Part shown: positions 1 through 11,443 of the stretch, piece after piece
Numbering within the stretch: position 1 is the first letter of the stretch
How the letters are laid out: each line of letters opens with the position of its first letter
Assembly (NCBI GenBank): GCA_028534125.1
Contig: CM052817.1
Location: 99,946,001 to 100,010,000, forward strand
DNA: 64,000 bases
DNA from: Lama glama
Taxonomy: Eukaryota
Direction: 5' to 3'
Notes under the pieces: generated by a model
What the model saw: the letters and a program-made list of their open reading frames with translations, nothing else
What the model was told of the DNA's origin: nothing
Databases searched by the model: none
Made by a program: the position numbers and the translations under genes

Positions 1-129
1 CGAAACATATCCTTTGTATTTAAAGTTCTTGCCAAATCTAAAGTGGAGAGATTAAATTGAAGATGGAAACGGAATACATTATGCACATTCATAGGATTTT
101 GGTACTAGACAGGATTTAGTACTAGACAT

Positions 130-255
130 AGTTCCAGAGATTGTCTAGTCCCAGATCCTCATTTTTCAGATAATGACCCTGAGGACTGGAGAGGTCCGGT
201 GACTCGCTCAGGCTCGCACAGCTGATTACAGAGCCCAGGTCTCCAGGTCTTGAGG
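130..255 (-). mobile_element. MIR-like SINE relic
   Basis: The stretch tctagtcc...cctcatttttcagat...ctgagg...gtgactcgctcaggctcgcacagct resembles the MIR core. Confidence 0.5.
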
Positions 256-1489
256 CTTCAATGTCATCTCTTTCTATTGCTCCCCTCGAAGTAAATCTGA
301 ATTTCATGATTCCTTCCGTGGCATAAGTTAACTCTTGGGCTTCTAATGCAGAATTTAGAAAAAAAAATTTCCTTATGCTTTTGTTAATTTCAAAATAGAA
401 TGATTTCTTAGACAGCACACCCCCTTCCCACCCAGGTTCCTGTGAAGCGCAGGGGCTGCTTGGTTGCGCCCATATTCATTTTTTGATGTCCTGCTTGAGT
501 TTCTCCTCCTGGGAATTCTGTTCCAAAAGGAGAGCTTGCACCATCTAGTGGAGCTAAAAAGAGGCTCTTGGGTTTAATTTTTTGGTGGCCCTGTTTTAAA
601 AGAAGAAAGGAATAGGACTGCCACACCCAGCTTTAAAACCCTGCTTCTTAATTGCAAATACATCTCTGATGGATGGGTTCTAGCTTCAAAAAAGAAGAAG
701 AAAGGAACAGTATTTTTACTTCATTAACCTGCAGATCTCACATGGAACCATTTGTTCCTACCATGAAAGTGAGGGTGGCAGCACAGAGCAATGGTTGGGT
801 CACTTTGTACCTCACCATGCTAGAAACGGGGCACGTGAGAGACGAGGCTGTTGGTTCTTTCCTGGTAGGAGGAAGGTAAGAAAGTGGGTAGTCTGACAAC
901 TTGTTTTTGTATCCAGCATTTAGATTCTTTTACTCGTTAAAGCAAAACATTAACTCTTCTGGCATGAGTCTTCCATAATAGTTGGGAATTAGTTAAATCC
1001 TGCTATTATTCCTAGGAAAGCCATAAGTACTCATTTGGGCAATTAACTTTTTCAATCATGTGCAGTATTCTGCTGCCCAGTTGGATAAATGAAGTTTTGG
1101 GAAGCTTCCAAATGACTCCTTTGTTTCCTTCAATAGAGATTTAAATCTTTTCTCAAGCTCTACAAAATACTTATCTTGTGTGGTAGGTGGCAGAAGATAG
1201 TGTGTCAAGCAGCATGACTTGATGACTGAGTGGGCAACACAGGGCGGGGGATTTCACACTGACGATGCCTTTAAGTGCTCATTACCTTCTGGGCCTGAAT
1301 TTTCTTCGGAAAGAATGTCATTGTTCATCTTTATATTTACAGAGTACTTACTGCTCAGCAAAATCCAGGTTTGTTTCTTTATCTTCTTTCTTTTTTTTCG
1401 TTTGTTATTGCATCAGCTGAAATCTCTTACATGGCTCATCACCTGTGTGGGGCAGGCATCCTTTGTGATAGTGGTTCTCTTGCTGGTGC

Positions 1490-1630
1490 ACAGCAGAATC
1501 AACAAGGGAAGCCTGGCCCCACCCCTGGAGAGTCTGATTTACCTGGATCCAGGTGGGGTGTGAGCAGGCGTATTTTTAAAAAGCTCCCCAGGTGATTCTA
1601 ACATGGCACCAGGGTTCAGAAGCACTGCTG
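1490..1630. mobile_element. MER5-like (hAT-Charlie) DNA transposon relic
   Basis: The stretch cagcagaatc...ccccacccc.ggagagtctgatt...ttttaaaaagctccccaggtgattctaa...agggttcagaagcactg is typical of MER5A/B. Confidence 0.6.
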
Positions 1631-2429
1631 GATGATAATTCTTGAAAGTGTATTGTGAATCATTGGATTCCAAATCAGGTTTGAACACTGGAGACCCGTA
1701 TTTGAAAACCACTATTCTTTTTGGGACCTGGAGTTTGTACTGTATTGTGTTGGGAGCAAGGAAGTTATCCTGTGGCTGAATGACTCCATGCGTCCATCTC
1801 TAGTTGGTGCTGGTGGAATCAGTCCTGAATGCATGATCCAGGTCTGAGGAACCGAGTACTTACAGGGCTAGCCAGGAGCAGTGAGGCCAGGAGTTATGCT
1901 TTTGGGACTGGTGGGTTTAATGTATTATTATAGTTGTCCTCAGCTGAGGGCATTGCTTCTCTGTTGTTGGCATTTGTCCCAGTGACAGTAGGAAAGTTGA
2001 TATTGCATATTAAATTTTTTTCCTTTTGTTGGTTTTTAAGAACTTTTTTTTTTTTTATCTTGTTGGCTTAGTGATGAATTTCACCTCTTTCTGTGGTGGG
2101 CCAGTGAGTTCTTTGGAGAAGCTATTTTCTGAAGTCCTAATCTGTCTCTGGGAGCAGCTTATTTCTGAGAAGTGGAGCTGAATTGGTTGGAGGAGGGGTC
2201 GGGCCATAAAAGGGCAGGGATGGGTGTAAATCTTCCAAAATGCCATAACTTGAACTCTTACAGTGAGAAACAGCGCCTTTGACCTTAATTAGTCCACCCA
2301 GTTGATGCAGCTATTCAGTTTCGAAGTGTTTATGCTCTGTTTTCAGAGGACAGGGGGATGAGAATATCAAAGAATTGTTAGAATTCTTGTCTTGGCTTCT
2401 CTAAGGCAATACTATTGTATAAAGAATGT

Positions 2430-2640
2430 GAAATTTGGTATCAGGCAGACTTGATCTCTCCTGAATCTGGTCTCTGCCACTTACTGTGTACTTTGCTGGG
2501 CAAGTTTGTGAGCATCTGTAAGATGAGAACCCTAACACCTACCTTTCTTAGGCCAAGGGAAATTAATTCAGATAATGAATGTGAAGACCCTAACACGATG
2601 CTTGGCACAGAGCTGGGACTCCAGAAATGGTAGCTGCTTC
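2430..2640 (+). mobile_element. MIR SINE relic
   Basis: Contains ctctgccacttactgtgtactttgctgggcaagtt...catctgtaagatgag...cacctacc. Confidence 0.55.
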
Positions 2641-2875
2641 TGGAACTGCTATTAATAATAGTAATAATTAATGATAATGATAATAATAAGCAGCTGTTTT
2701 CCCCTCCTTCGGACATGGTGCCCGAGGTGTAAGTAGTGTCATGGCTCTCGTGTCCAGTTGTCCCCCTGGTGGGCTGAGGATGGGGATGGCAAAGTGATGT
2801 TGACAGGTGTCCCGGCTGGGAAAGTTGTCCTCAGAATGTTCATCTTCACATAACCAACATGTTATAATTTAAACT

Positions 2876-3384
2876 TTTTCCCATTTTTTAAATTGAAGTA
2901 TAGACAGTTTACAATGTTGTATCAGTTTCTGGTGTACAGCATAATATTTCAGTCATACACATACATGCATATATTTGTTTTCATATTCTTTCATTAGAGG
3001 TACTGCAAGATATTGAATATCATTCCCTGTGCTATACAGTACAAACTTGCTGTTTATCTACTTTGTATGTAGGAGTTAGTATCTGCAAATCTCAAACTCT
3101 CAATTTATCCCTTTCCAGCCCCTTTCCCTCTTGGTAACCATAAGTTTGTTTTCTGTGGCTGTGAGTCTATTTCTGTTTTGTAAATAAATTCATTTGTGTC
3201 TTTTTTTAGATTCCACATTTAAGTGATATCATATGGTATTTTTCTTTCTCTTTTTGTTTTACTTTACTTAGGATGATGATCTCCAGGTCCATCCATGTTG
3301 CTGCAAATGGCATTATTTTATTCTTTTTTATGGCTGAGTCATATTCCATTGTATATATATACCACATTTTTTTATCCAGTCATC
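2876..3384 (-). mobile_element. 5'-truncated L1 (3' end) with target-site duplication
   Basis: Typical L1 3' UTR/ORF2-end text on the - strand. Flanked by tgttataatttaaact (2860-2875) and tgtcataatttaatct (3385-3400), a 14/16 match. Confidence 0.85.
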
Positions 3385-6300
3385 TGTCATAATTTAATCT
3401 ATGTTAATCCCTTAAAATGTAGCTTCTCCCTAGAAGAGTTAAAATCACTGATCACTCGTCTTGTGTATGTCCTGCTCATTTACCTCAGAGGAGATAGACT
3501 ACAGATTTTTATTTAAACAATGTAGAGGTGGAGTTAGTAGGGAAGAAGGGAAAATGTGATTTGTGGGGATTAGTTCAGTATGTCATACCTGGTCTTTGCT
3601 ACCACAGGGTGGTGTGGGCTGTGGACATACAGAAAGAGTTGGGCCAATGGGAAGCCAAGATAGGCGATGCCAGGACACAGGACTGGAGGGTAGTGGGGGC
3701 CCAAATTCAGCAGCCATCTGCCGTGAATTGCTGTCATAAGTTTGTCTTGGTACCACCTTGGTCATTTGCTGTAAGTCGGCAGTGTCTGGAGGAGAGCACT
3801 GTTTCACTGCAGCCCTGAGCCTAGAGTAGAAAGCATTTGTATGCATCCCTGTAAACTGAATCTGCATAGCTGGGGGACCTGTAATGCAGGTTCAGCAAAG
3901 TCAGTCCAGACCAGTTGGGTGTAAAGGGCTTTCTTCCCCATCTGAGCTCTGACAAGTTGAGGAAAATTGAATGAGGCAGCTGGAGGACCTTTATTAGCAA
4001 TAAAACTGATGCTAGTTGATACCTGTGGGTAAGATACCCTGATACTGAGCCCCAGAATTAGACAGACTCTCCCAGATGCAGAGAAGAATGCATACTTCCT
4101 GCTGGCAGCCTGGCTCCCAGAAGAAAAAAGAGAGAGGAAGGGACAGGCTCATCACAATGACGGTTAGCCCCCACCCCGCCCCAGGGAAGAGTTACTGAAG
4201 GAGGCAGAGAGTGGCTGGAAGTACTCTGGAGGAAAGCCTGTGTAGGGGGGAGCATTAAGATTGAGACATTGTTTTTCTCTAGCAGGTCTTCAAAAATCCA
4301 ACCTTTTAAAATTCTAGCAAATTTGGAAGCTGTAAATCATATTAAAAACAAAACAAAAACAAGTAGGGGTGGTTTAAATGTCCTTCCCATGCTCAAGGTC
4401 CTATAACCTGACCCAGTTACCTGCAGAAGAGGATCCAGTTTCCTTCACTTGTTTTTGATAACCCGTCCGAATCGTACCCCATCCTACTGATCAACCCTCC
4501 TTCTCCCATGATTTTTAGATGCAAATCTCAAGTCAGAGCGTGACCTCATGGACCTCTGTTCTTATTATAGTGTTCCTGCTGGATATTTCTTTCTACTTCC
4601 TGTCAGTCTGTCCAAGATATGTTCATCTGTTAAGTCCCAGGACAGTCCCCACATTGGGCCAGCGCCTCCCACTTCAGCACACACTGCTTTCTCTCACTTT
4701 TAAACTGCTGCTGCACTTTCCCCCAGGGACCACGCAGTTTAGCACTTGGCTCATGGTGTGAATCTTACCAGCCGGCTGCTGTCAGGACCACGAGGGACAG
4801 GGTGTTTCTCATACTTCTTTTATGTGTCCTCAGCTGCTCGCATATTGTACACATGGAAAGCACTCAATCAATACGCAGTTGGTTAAATAAATGTATCAAA
4901 AGGCTGCGGCTCGCACCCTTATCACTGCACTAGGACAGAGTTGTGTGCTGGTTATGCTGGAAGATAAAATGACCAAGGCGAAGGATTGAAATTTGCTCTT
5001 ATTTCATGCTGTTGACATGGAATCCAAGAATCTCCAATTTTGGGAACTGAGAGGATAAATCATCTAGTTCAACCCCATTTATTTATTTATTTATTTACAG
5101 CTGAAAACACTGAGGCTCATGCTTTGAAAGGAGGTATTCAGAGTCTATGAGCTGAATATTTGTGAGAGGAATAGAGGATATGAAATAGATGATGTTTCAA
5201 TTCTTTAACATTAGATTATCCAGGGTTATGTGACAGCTTTATATATACATTAGGGATTCCTCTGAGTGTTCCAGAGTGCTTTTCTAATATCTTATAGAAC
5301 CTCACTTCTTGATGTTCTCCCCAAAATCTGTGGAGGAAGGCGCTTCTCCCAGAAGCTATCACCACGTGTCATCATTGACCTTCGTTGACACGTGTGAACG
5401 CCCTGCGTGGGATTTCACGGCAGGCCACAGGTACCGCGCTCATTGTGCGGCCACAGAAGCTGATTTCCTGGAAGATTACTTGTCTTGCCCAAGGTGCCAG
5501 ATACTAAGGATTAAAATGCAAGTGTTTTGTATTCCCACGCAATCCATTTTCAACTAGCCCGTGATGACTTTTTCTTTCTCAAATTATTATCTCTAGACTC
5601 TGAAAATTCTAGCTTAGAAAGGGAGCACATATTTGATTTCCTGCTCAGCAAAGAGAAAGAACAGTTAACACAAGTACTAAGCCACCCCTGGTAGAAGGTT
5701 AGGAACCCAGTCTGGAGCCAGGACAGCCTGGCTTTGCCAAGTGCAGAGAGAGGATGCGGCCATAGTTTTAAAAAGTTTCAAAAAGACTGTTCTCATGTTT
5801 TGGAGGATTATTTGGAGAATGGGTTATGAAATTGATCTTGATGCTACATTTCTGCTTCATCATGGACTGCAAATGTTAGCTGGTCTTCTCTTAGTAGAAA
5901 ACATTCATTTATATTTTGATTGCCCAGTATATGCGAGACACTCTTCTAAATGCTGGCGGTGAGATCTCTTTAACAATTTACTTGCAGAGCAAATCATCTT
6001 ATTTTCAAAGAAAGCACTATCAGTTTGCAAAAGATTTAGCTGTAGATAACAGAAAACTCTCTTTAATAATCTTTCCCTATTCCATACACCGATTCCATTT
6101 ACACCTCACTGGCCAAGACTATACAGCCACACCTAGACACAAAGGAAGAAGGGAAATGTAGTTTTTCAGCTATAAAGTTAGGGTTTATTCCCGAGGAAGA
6201 GAGGGAGACTGAGTATTGGCGGACATGTAAAAGTGCCTACCACAAATACCTCAAGATTTCTTACTTGTTAACAAAGTGTTGTTTCTGTTGATGATACGTT

Positions 6301-6721
6301 TCTGTTATTGTGATTCCTGGAAATGCACCAGCCGGGCAGGGACAGGTGAGTGCAGGTTGTCCATAGCACAGGGATGCCCTGCTGAGGGACAGATGGGGGA
6401 GATGAAGTGCACATCCTGCTTGACCGTGTGCCCTCGCGTGGGGCCGTGTCTGCCCACAGCAAGGGCACCTTGATCTCATCGGCAGAAGGCCCTTTTGGCT
6501 CTGGCCGAGCCATCCACTTGCCAGACTGTGGCCCCAGGGGGCGCTTTTACTACTTTGCAGACATGCCCTATACAGGTTGGTTTTGGCGCAGAGGCTGGGT
6601 CCCAGGTAGCCTAGAGGTGGCATTAAACGTGTGATCCAAGATATACCTGGTTCTGCCCCTTTTCCTAGGACAGCTCTTCTCACCTAGATTTGCTACTTTA
6701 AAAATTACAGAAATTAGTAAG

Positions 6722-6867
6722 CAACAAGGACACACTGTATAGCTCAGAGAATTATACCCGTTATCTTGGAATAACCTATAATGGAATATAATCTGCAAAA
6801 ATACTGAGTCAATATGCTGTATACCTGAAACTAACACAACACTGTAAATCAACTACATTTCAGTAGG
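6722..6867 (+). mobile_element. Short L1 3'-end fragment with degenerate target-site duplication
   Basis: caacaaggacacactgtatagc...tatgctgtatacctgaaactaacacaacactgtaaatcaactac. Flanks are aaaattacagaaattag (6701-) and aaaattatagaagttag (6868-). Confidence 0.75.
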
Positions 6868-6910
6868 AAAAATTATAGAAGTTAGGAGGCCAACCTGTAC
6901 TCACTGTCTT

Positions 6911-6935
6911 CACACACACACACACACACACACAC
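6911..6935. repeat. (CA)n microsatellite
   Basis: Perfect CA run. Confidence 0.95.
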
Positions 6936-8110
6936 AGTATGTTTTTTAGAGTTTCAACAGGTCCCAGGTACTGTGAAGTCCCCTTATCTCTGACCTCCCT
7001 GTATTAACTTCATGACACCTCTCTCCAGTCACAGGACAGGAAAATTAGGGTTATCAATTACGCTTATATTTATTTTTTGATTTGAAATGGAAAATTAGAT
7101 TTCTTTCTTTCTTTTTAATTTCAACAAGTGCATGAAGGAGATAATGCAATACAAAAGGATTCAGTCTTAAGCATCAGTTATGAAAAGATAGGAAGGGTCC
7201 CACCCACTCTACACAGAGAAATGCAAAAAAAAATAACTCACACAAAACCCCGCCTTATCTAGGGCAGCCAGGTGGTGTTCGTCTTGGAAACCAGTGTGCA
7301 GAGAGGAGGGAGAATCTCATCTGGAAGTTGGTGTAAACCTTTTACTCTTTCTCTGCACGCTCCTCAGAGATCATTAAAAATTTATCAGCAAGAAATGCCC
7401 TACACGTTTTTCTTCAGGTAGTTGTAAGAAAACCAAAAAGCAAGGAAAACAGAAAGGGAGTTTATAGTCTGCTTCTTTTACTTTCTTGGTGTAATTTTCT
7501 TTTGTCCCATGCCAACTTTTAAAAAATTATGTATTATATTTATTCATTTCCTTATTCTAAAACTGATATAGTTACATGGTTTAGAAATTAAGAAAGATTC
7601 GCTCAACGGACTCTTCCAATAAAATGTGGAAGATTTCTTAATAGCATAGAAAGTTGTTCCTTGTAAACATTTGCATTTGCACACCAGCTTTTTTAAAGGG
7701 CCCGCTCTCCCTTCATTTTTGTGTCTGACTTGTGTTTCAGGTGAGACAGAAGAATTCTGGCAGGTTGCCCCTCCCTGTGCCTTCCCCTGTGATTATGTAG
7801 TGCCTGCGAATGAGCAGGTTTGGGACAACAGAGAAAGATGACCAGAAAGACTAGAATTATTGAATTTGTTGGGGCAATCACCTGCGTGTTTTCCCAGTCT
7901 TCTACTGTGTTGAGATCTTCCTGTCTCTCATGGAAAATAAGCCAGGAGTGAAATCTGTCCTTTATCATCAGAACTTGCCTTTGTTATAGTTTTGGTCTAT
8001 ACAGTCTAGGAAAACCGTCTGTACATAAAATTCCATCTCCGAACAATATGTGGGACCCAGCAGGCGGATTGGATGGGGGTGGGGCTGGCAGGCATTAGAT
8101 GCCACCATCT

Positions 8111-8226
8111 TTTCATTATTATTAGTGTTAGTATTAGTATTAGCATTTTAATGGAAGTCTAGGGGATTGAACCCAGGACCTTGTGCATGCTAAGCACACA
8201 CTCTACCTCTGAGCTATACCCTCCCC
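8111..8226 (-). mobile_element. tRNA-Ala-derived SINE (camelid vic-1-like)
   Basis: The - strand reads ggggagggtatagctcagaggtagagtgtgtgcttagcatgcacaaggtcctgggttcaatcccctagacttcca, followed by an A-rich (AAT/AATACT) tail. Pol III A and B boxes are present. Confidence 0.85.
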
Positions 8227-9969
8227 TCACCACTGTCTCATATTTGTTCTTAAATACTTCATTCTAAAGAAGCTGCTGGTTGAGACTGGCCCATGAACCA
8301 TTTCCCCTCTACCATTGGGTTTAATGTCAGTCTCATCAGAATTCAATACTATTGTCTTGTTAACCAAGAAGAGAAATTAGGGGGAAGCCTGAGGAAGCAT
8401 TTCCTTTTTCCCAGTGGATCACTTTTCTCAGTTGCCGTAATCAAGAGCATGGCATGAGTCAGGCTCTGTATTTTCAATGACATGTTACTCACTCTTAAAG
8501 GAAGATTTCCTCTGCTGTTCACGTATCATCAAATTAGTCTAACTACCTTGCTAATGAAGGGATCCCCAACATGGGCTGTGAAAACCACATGTTTTTCTTG
8601 TTAGTAACAGGGCAGCTGATTTCCCTCGTGACACCTTTGTTGAATATCCCTTGGGTACCTGCCAGTATACCAGGCGTTTTGAGAATTCGTACTCTAGGTC
8701 AGACAACAGTGGTTTCCGCAGTAAGTTTGCCATCTTCAAGGATGGATAAATGCATTAAGCAAACTGAGAAAGGGGATGGACCTAGCTTAGAAAAGAGGAA
8801 GCTGAGAGGTTTAATAAGAATTCCAGAACAGGGAGGAAGGATGAGTTTGAGGGGACAGCATTTCTCCATCACCACTTCTTAACGTGAGGGCAAGGTAAGG
8901 CACGCTTTGAATTACTGCAGGTGGAATCTTCCTTTACAACGCGAAATGCTTTCTGATTGGAGGGACTCGCTGAGCTGTGTTGCCAGAAGGAGCTATGTGG
9001 TCCCTGTCTGACTGGGTTTTTGGCTGCCCAGCAGCAGACCTCTAAGCTTGCTCTTCCTGTGTCCGATAATTCTGTTAGCTACCCCGGGCTCCTTCCTATA
9101 AGTACGTTTTCTGCTTGGGTCAACTCAGTTCTCAGGAGACGGTGTGGACTCAGAGAGCTGAAACAGTATGCTGAGAGTATATAGGTGCTCAAAAACTGAT
9201 TGCTGATATTGTTTTCATTTTTATGATCCTTCTTGCAACTCAGAAGAATCTTTCTGGGATAATTCGTAAGCAGGAAAGGGTTGGGCAAATGATCTTTGGA
9301 ATAATCTTCAGATCTTTGCTTCTGAGCTAAAAAGTGTTTCATCCCAGAGTTTCCCTGTTAATTCTGACATCAGAGCCATACTATGAAATACCTTTCTTCT
9401 GTTTATATTTGGAGCATTTCAATAACTAAATTCTACAGGATGTGGTTTAAATATAATGGATCATCTATTAAATTATACTCTGATAAGTTACATTATAATG
9501 AAGTAGTAGGTACAATTAATACGTGCAGAGAATAGGAGGAAAGGCTTTAGAAATAATTTGCTGACTTCTCCAGGGAGAGGTTTATCACGGGCAAGAGGAA
9601 GTTTATTCTACTTAATTAGTCAATGAATTAATATTTAATTGATTTAATTAATTATTATGTTTAATGTATTACAGTTACACGGAGGAAATGCTGGGGGGAA
9701 GAGACAGAGACTGGCTTTATTTTAAACATCTTTTCCTTAAAATATGTCGCTGAAGTCATTATAGCCATCATTTTAATTTCCTCCTTCCTCAGATATTTTA
9801 GGAATAAACAGGCACACTTGCTGACTTTGGATGTCACCTCCATTCCTGCCTCTGGCTGTGGTGTCAATGAAGTGAGTGCCTGGAGGTCGAGAAGCAGAAG
9901 GGGGCCCAGAGGGAGGGAGCATGAACTTCAGACTCTTTTCAGACTTGGAATAATTGAACGTTTTCTGTC

Positions 9970-10010
9970 CTGAATTTTTGGCTGAAATTTTGGCTGAATT
10001 TTGGCTGAAA
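9970..10010. repeat. Short tandem repeat, about 3.5 copies of an 11-12 bp unit (ctgaattttgg)
   Basis: ctgaatttttgg ctgaaattttgg ctgaattttgg ctgaaa. Confidence 0.85.
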
Positions 10011-10503
10011 CAGTGGGGCCACTCCCTTCTGTACTTGAATGTTCTTTGCACTCTGTCCTTGGAGGGAAGAAGATGGTTGTGAGGAGTCCATCCAGCGGCT
10101 GCCCTGGGCTGCCCTCCAGTGGACACGCCTCCCGCCTGCTCATTATCTTGTCTCTCTCTGGCAGCAGCGAGCAGTGTCTTAGCCTGTGTTCCCTGGAAAG
10201 ACCCCGTCATACCTGTTTCATGCGATCCAGCCTCATCTTCCCTTCTCCGCTGCTGCTTTCAGTGGGCAGGGTACAGCTGGTTGCATGGTTTCTTGGTCTC
10301 CAGTTGGAGCCCCCTGGGGCTGAGGGCTCACAGAGGACCCAGATGAACTGTGGTTGGCTAGTTTTCTCCTCTATACCGAAGGAAAAGCCAAGGAAGGGTG
10401 GCTTCTAACTTGGAGACGGTGCAGCAGTCACCTGATCCCACTTCCTGCCACCTGCCTGGGCGACAGATGGTAGGACCCATCTGTTTGTTCCAGTGTGACT
10501 GGA

Positions 10504-10504
<1 letters not shown>

Positions 10505-10534
<30 letters not shown>
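10505..10534. repeat. (CA)n microsatellite
   Basis: Perfect CA run. Confidence 0.95.
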
Positions 10535-10538
<4 letters not shown>

Positions 10539-11144
10539 CCAGTTAGCAGGTGGGAAATGTATTTTTCGGGACACACCATAAACCTGCCATTACAGGGAGG
10601 ATTCTGGTGCCAGTTTAGATGCAAATGGAATTGCCCAACTAGAGCTGATTACAGAAATGTCAGGATGTCTGTGTGCTCAGTTTCACTCCTACGCTGCGCA
10701 TCATGTTAACGTGCTGCTGTGATTGTGGGCATGATGGTTGGGCTCGGTTCTTGCCTGCACTTTTGAGGGAGCTTTGACTTGATAGAAGTGGAATGTGGCA
10801 CACGGTATCCACTCCTCCCTTCCTGTCACCTCCTTGTTGAAAGAAAACAGAATCTCGATTTTGTTCATTTCTGAGAAACTTGACATTTTAATTTAAAAAA
10901 TAAAAATGCACTCTTGGAGCTCTTAGGCTAAGATAAAAAGGGGTAGATTGACCTGAAATTCAGTTTCCATCCTGTTCAGAGAACGGATCTCAACTATCCA
11001 TGCAGTTCGGCCACATTCAGCCCCTGCTGGGTGATAGCCTGGTGTCTGGGGAGCTGGTGGGAAGGGGTGGTAGGCAGGGGTGTGAACTGGTGTGGTTATT
11101 GCTGTGCTGTTTTAGTGCTTTTCAGATTTTTTTTTTTTACAATT

Positions 11145-11443
11145 GATAGCACAGCATCAGATGTTTTTGACTGTGATGCGCAGCCAGAAATTTATTTTAT
11201 GCATTTGCATGTGCGTATTTTTTAGTGACTATAGCACACGGTACATGCATGTGTAATATATTGTATTATGTAGAGTGTGAACAAAATATGTATATAAAAG
11301 TTTCACAAAGCGGTACTCACTTCTCCTCCATGCAGTATATGTGAATACTTTCTGTTTGAATCTGGCCTAAACCATTAGTGAACCAGTAAATTGATTTTAC
11401 TACCTACTTTTGGGTCTCAAACTATAGTTTGAAAAACACCAGT
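11145..11443. mobile_element. hAT-Charlie (MER119-like) DNA transposon relic
   Basis: Starts tttttgactgtgatgcgcag...agaaatttatttta and ends aaattgattttactacctacttttgggtctcaaactatagtttgaaaaacacc. Confidence 0.5.

Noticed and set aside
8146..8226. Possible tRNA-Ala genes (also 32546-32630 and 43730-43806)
   Set aside because: They have degenerate stems, A-rich tails, a target-site duplication in one copy and multiple divergent copies, so they are SINEs rather than functional tRNAs.
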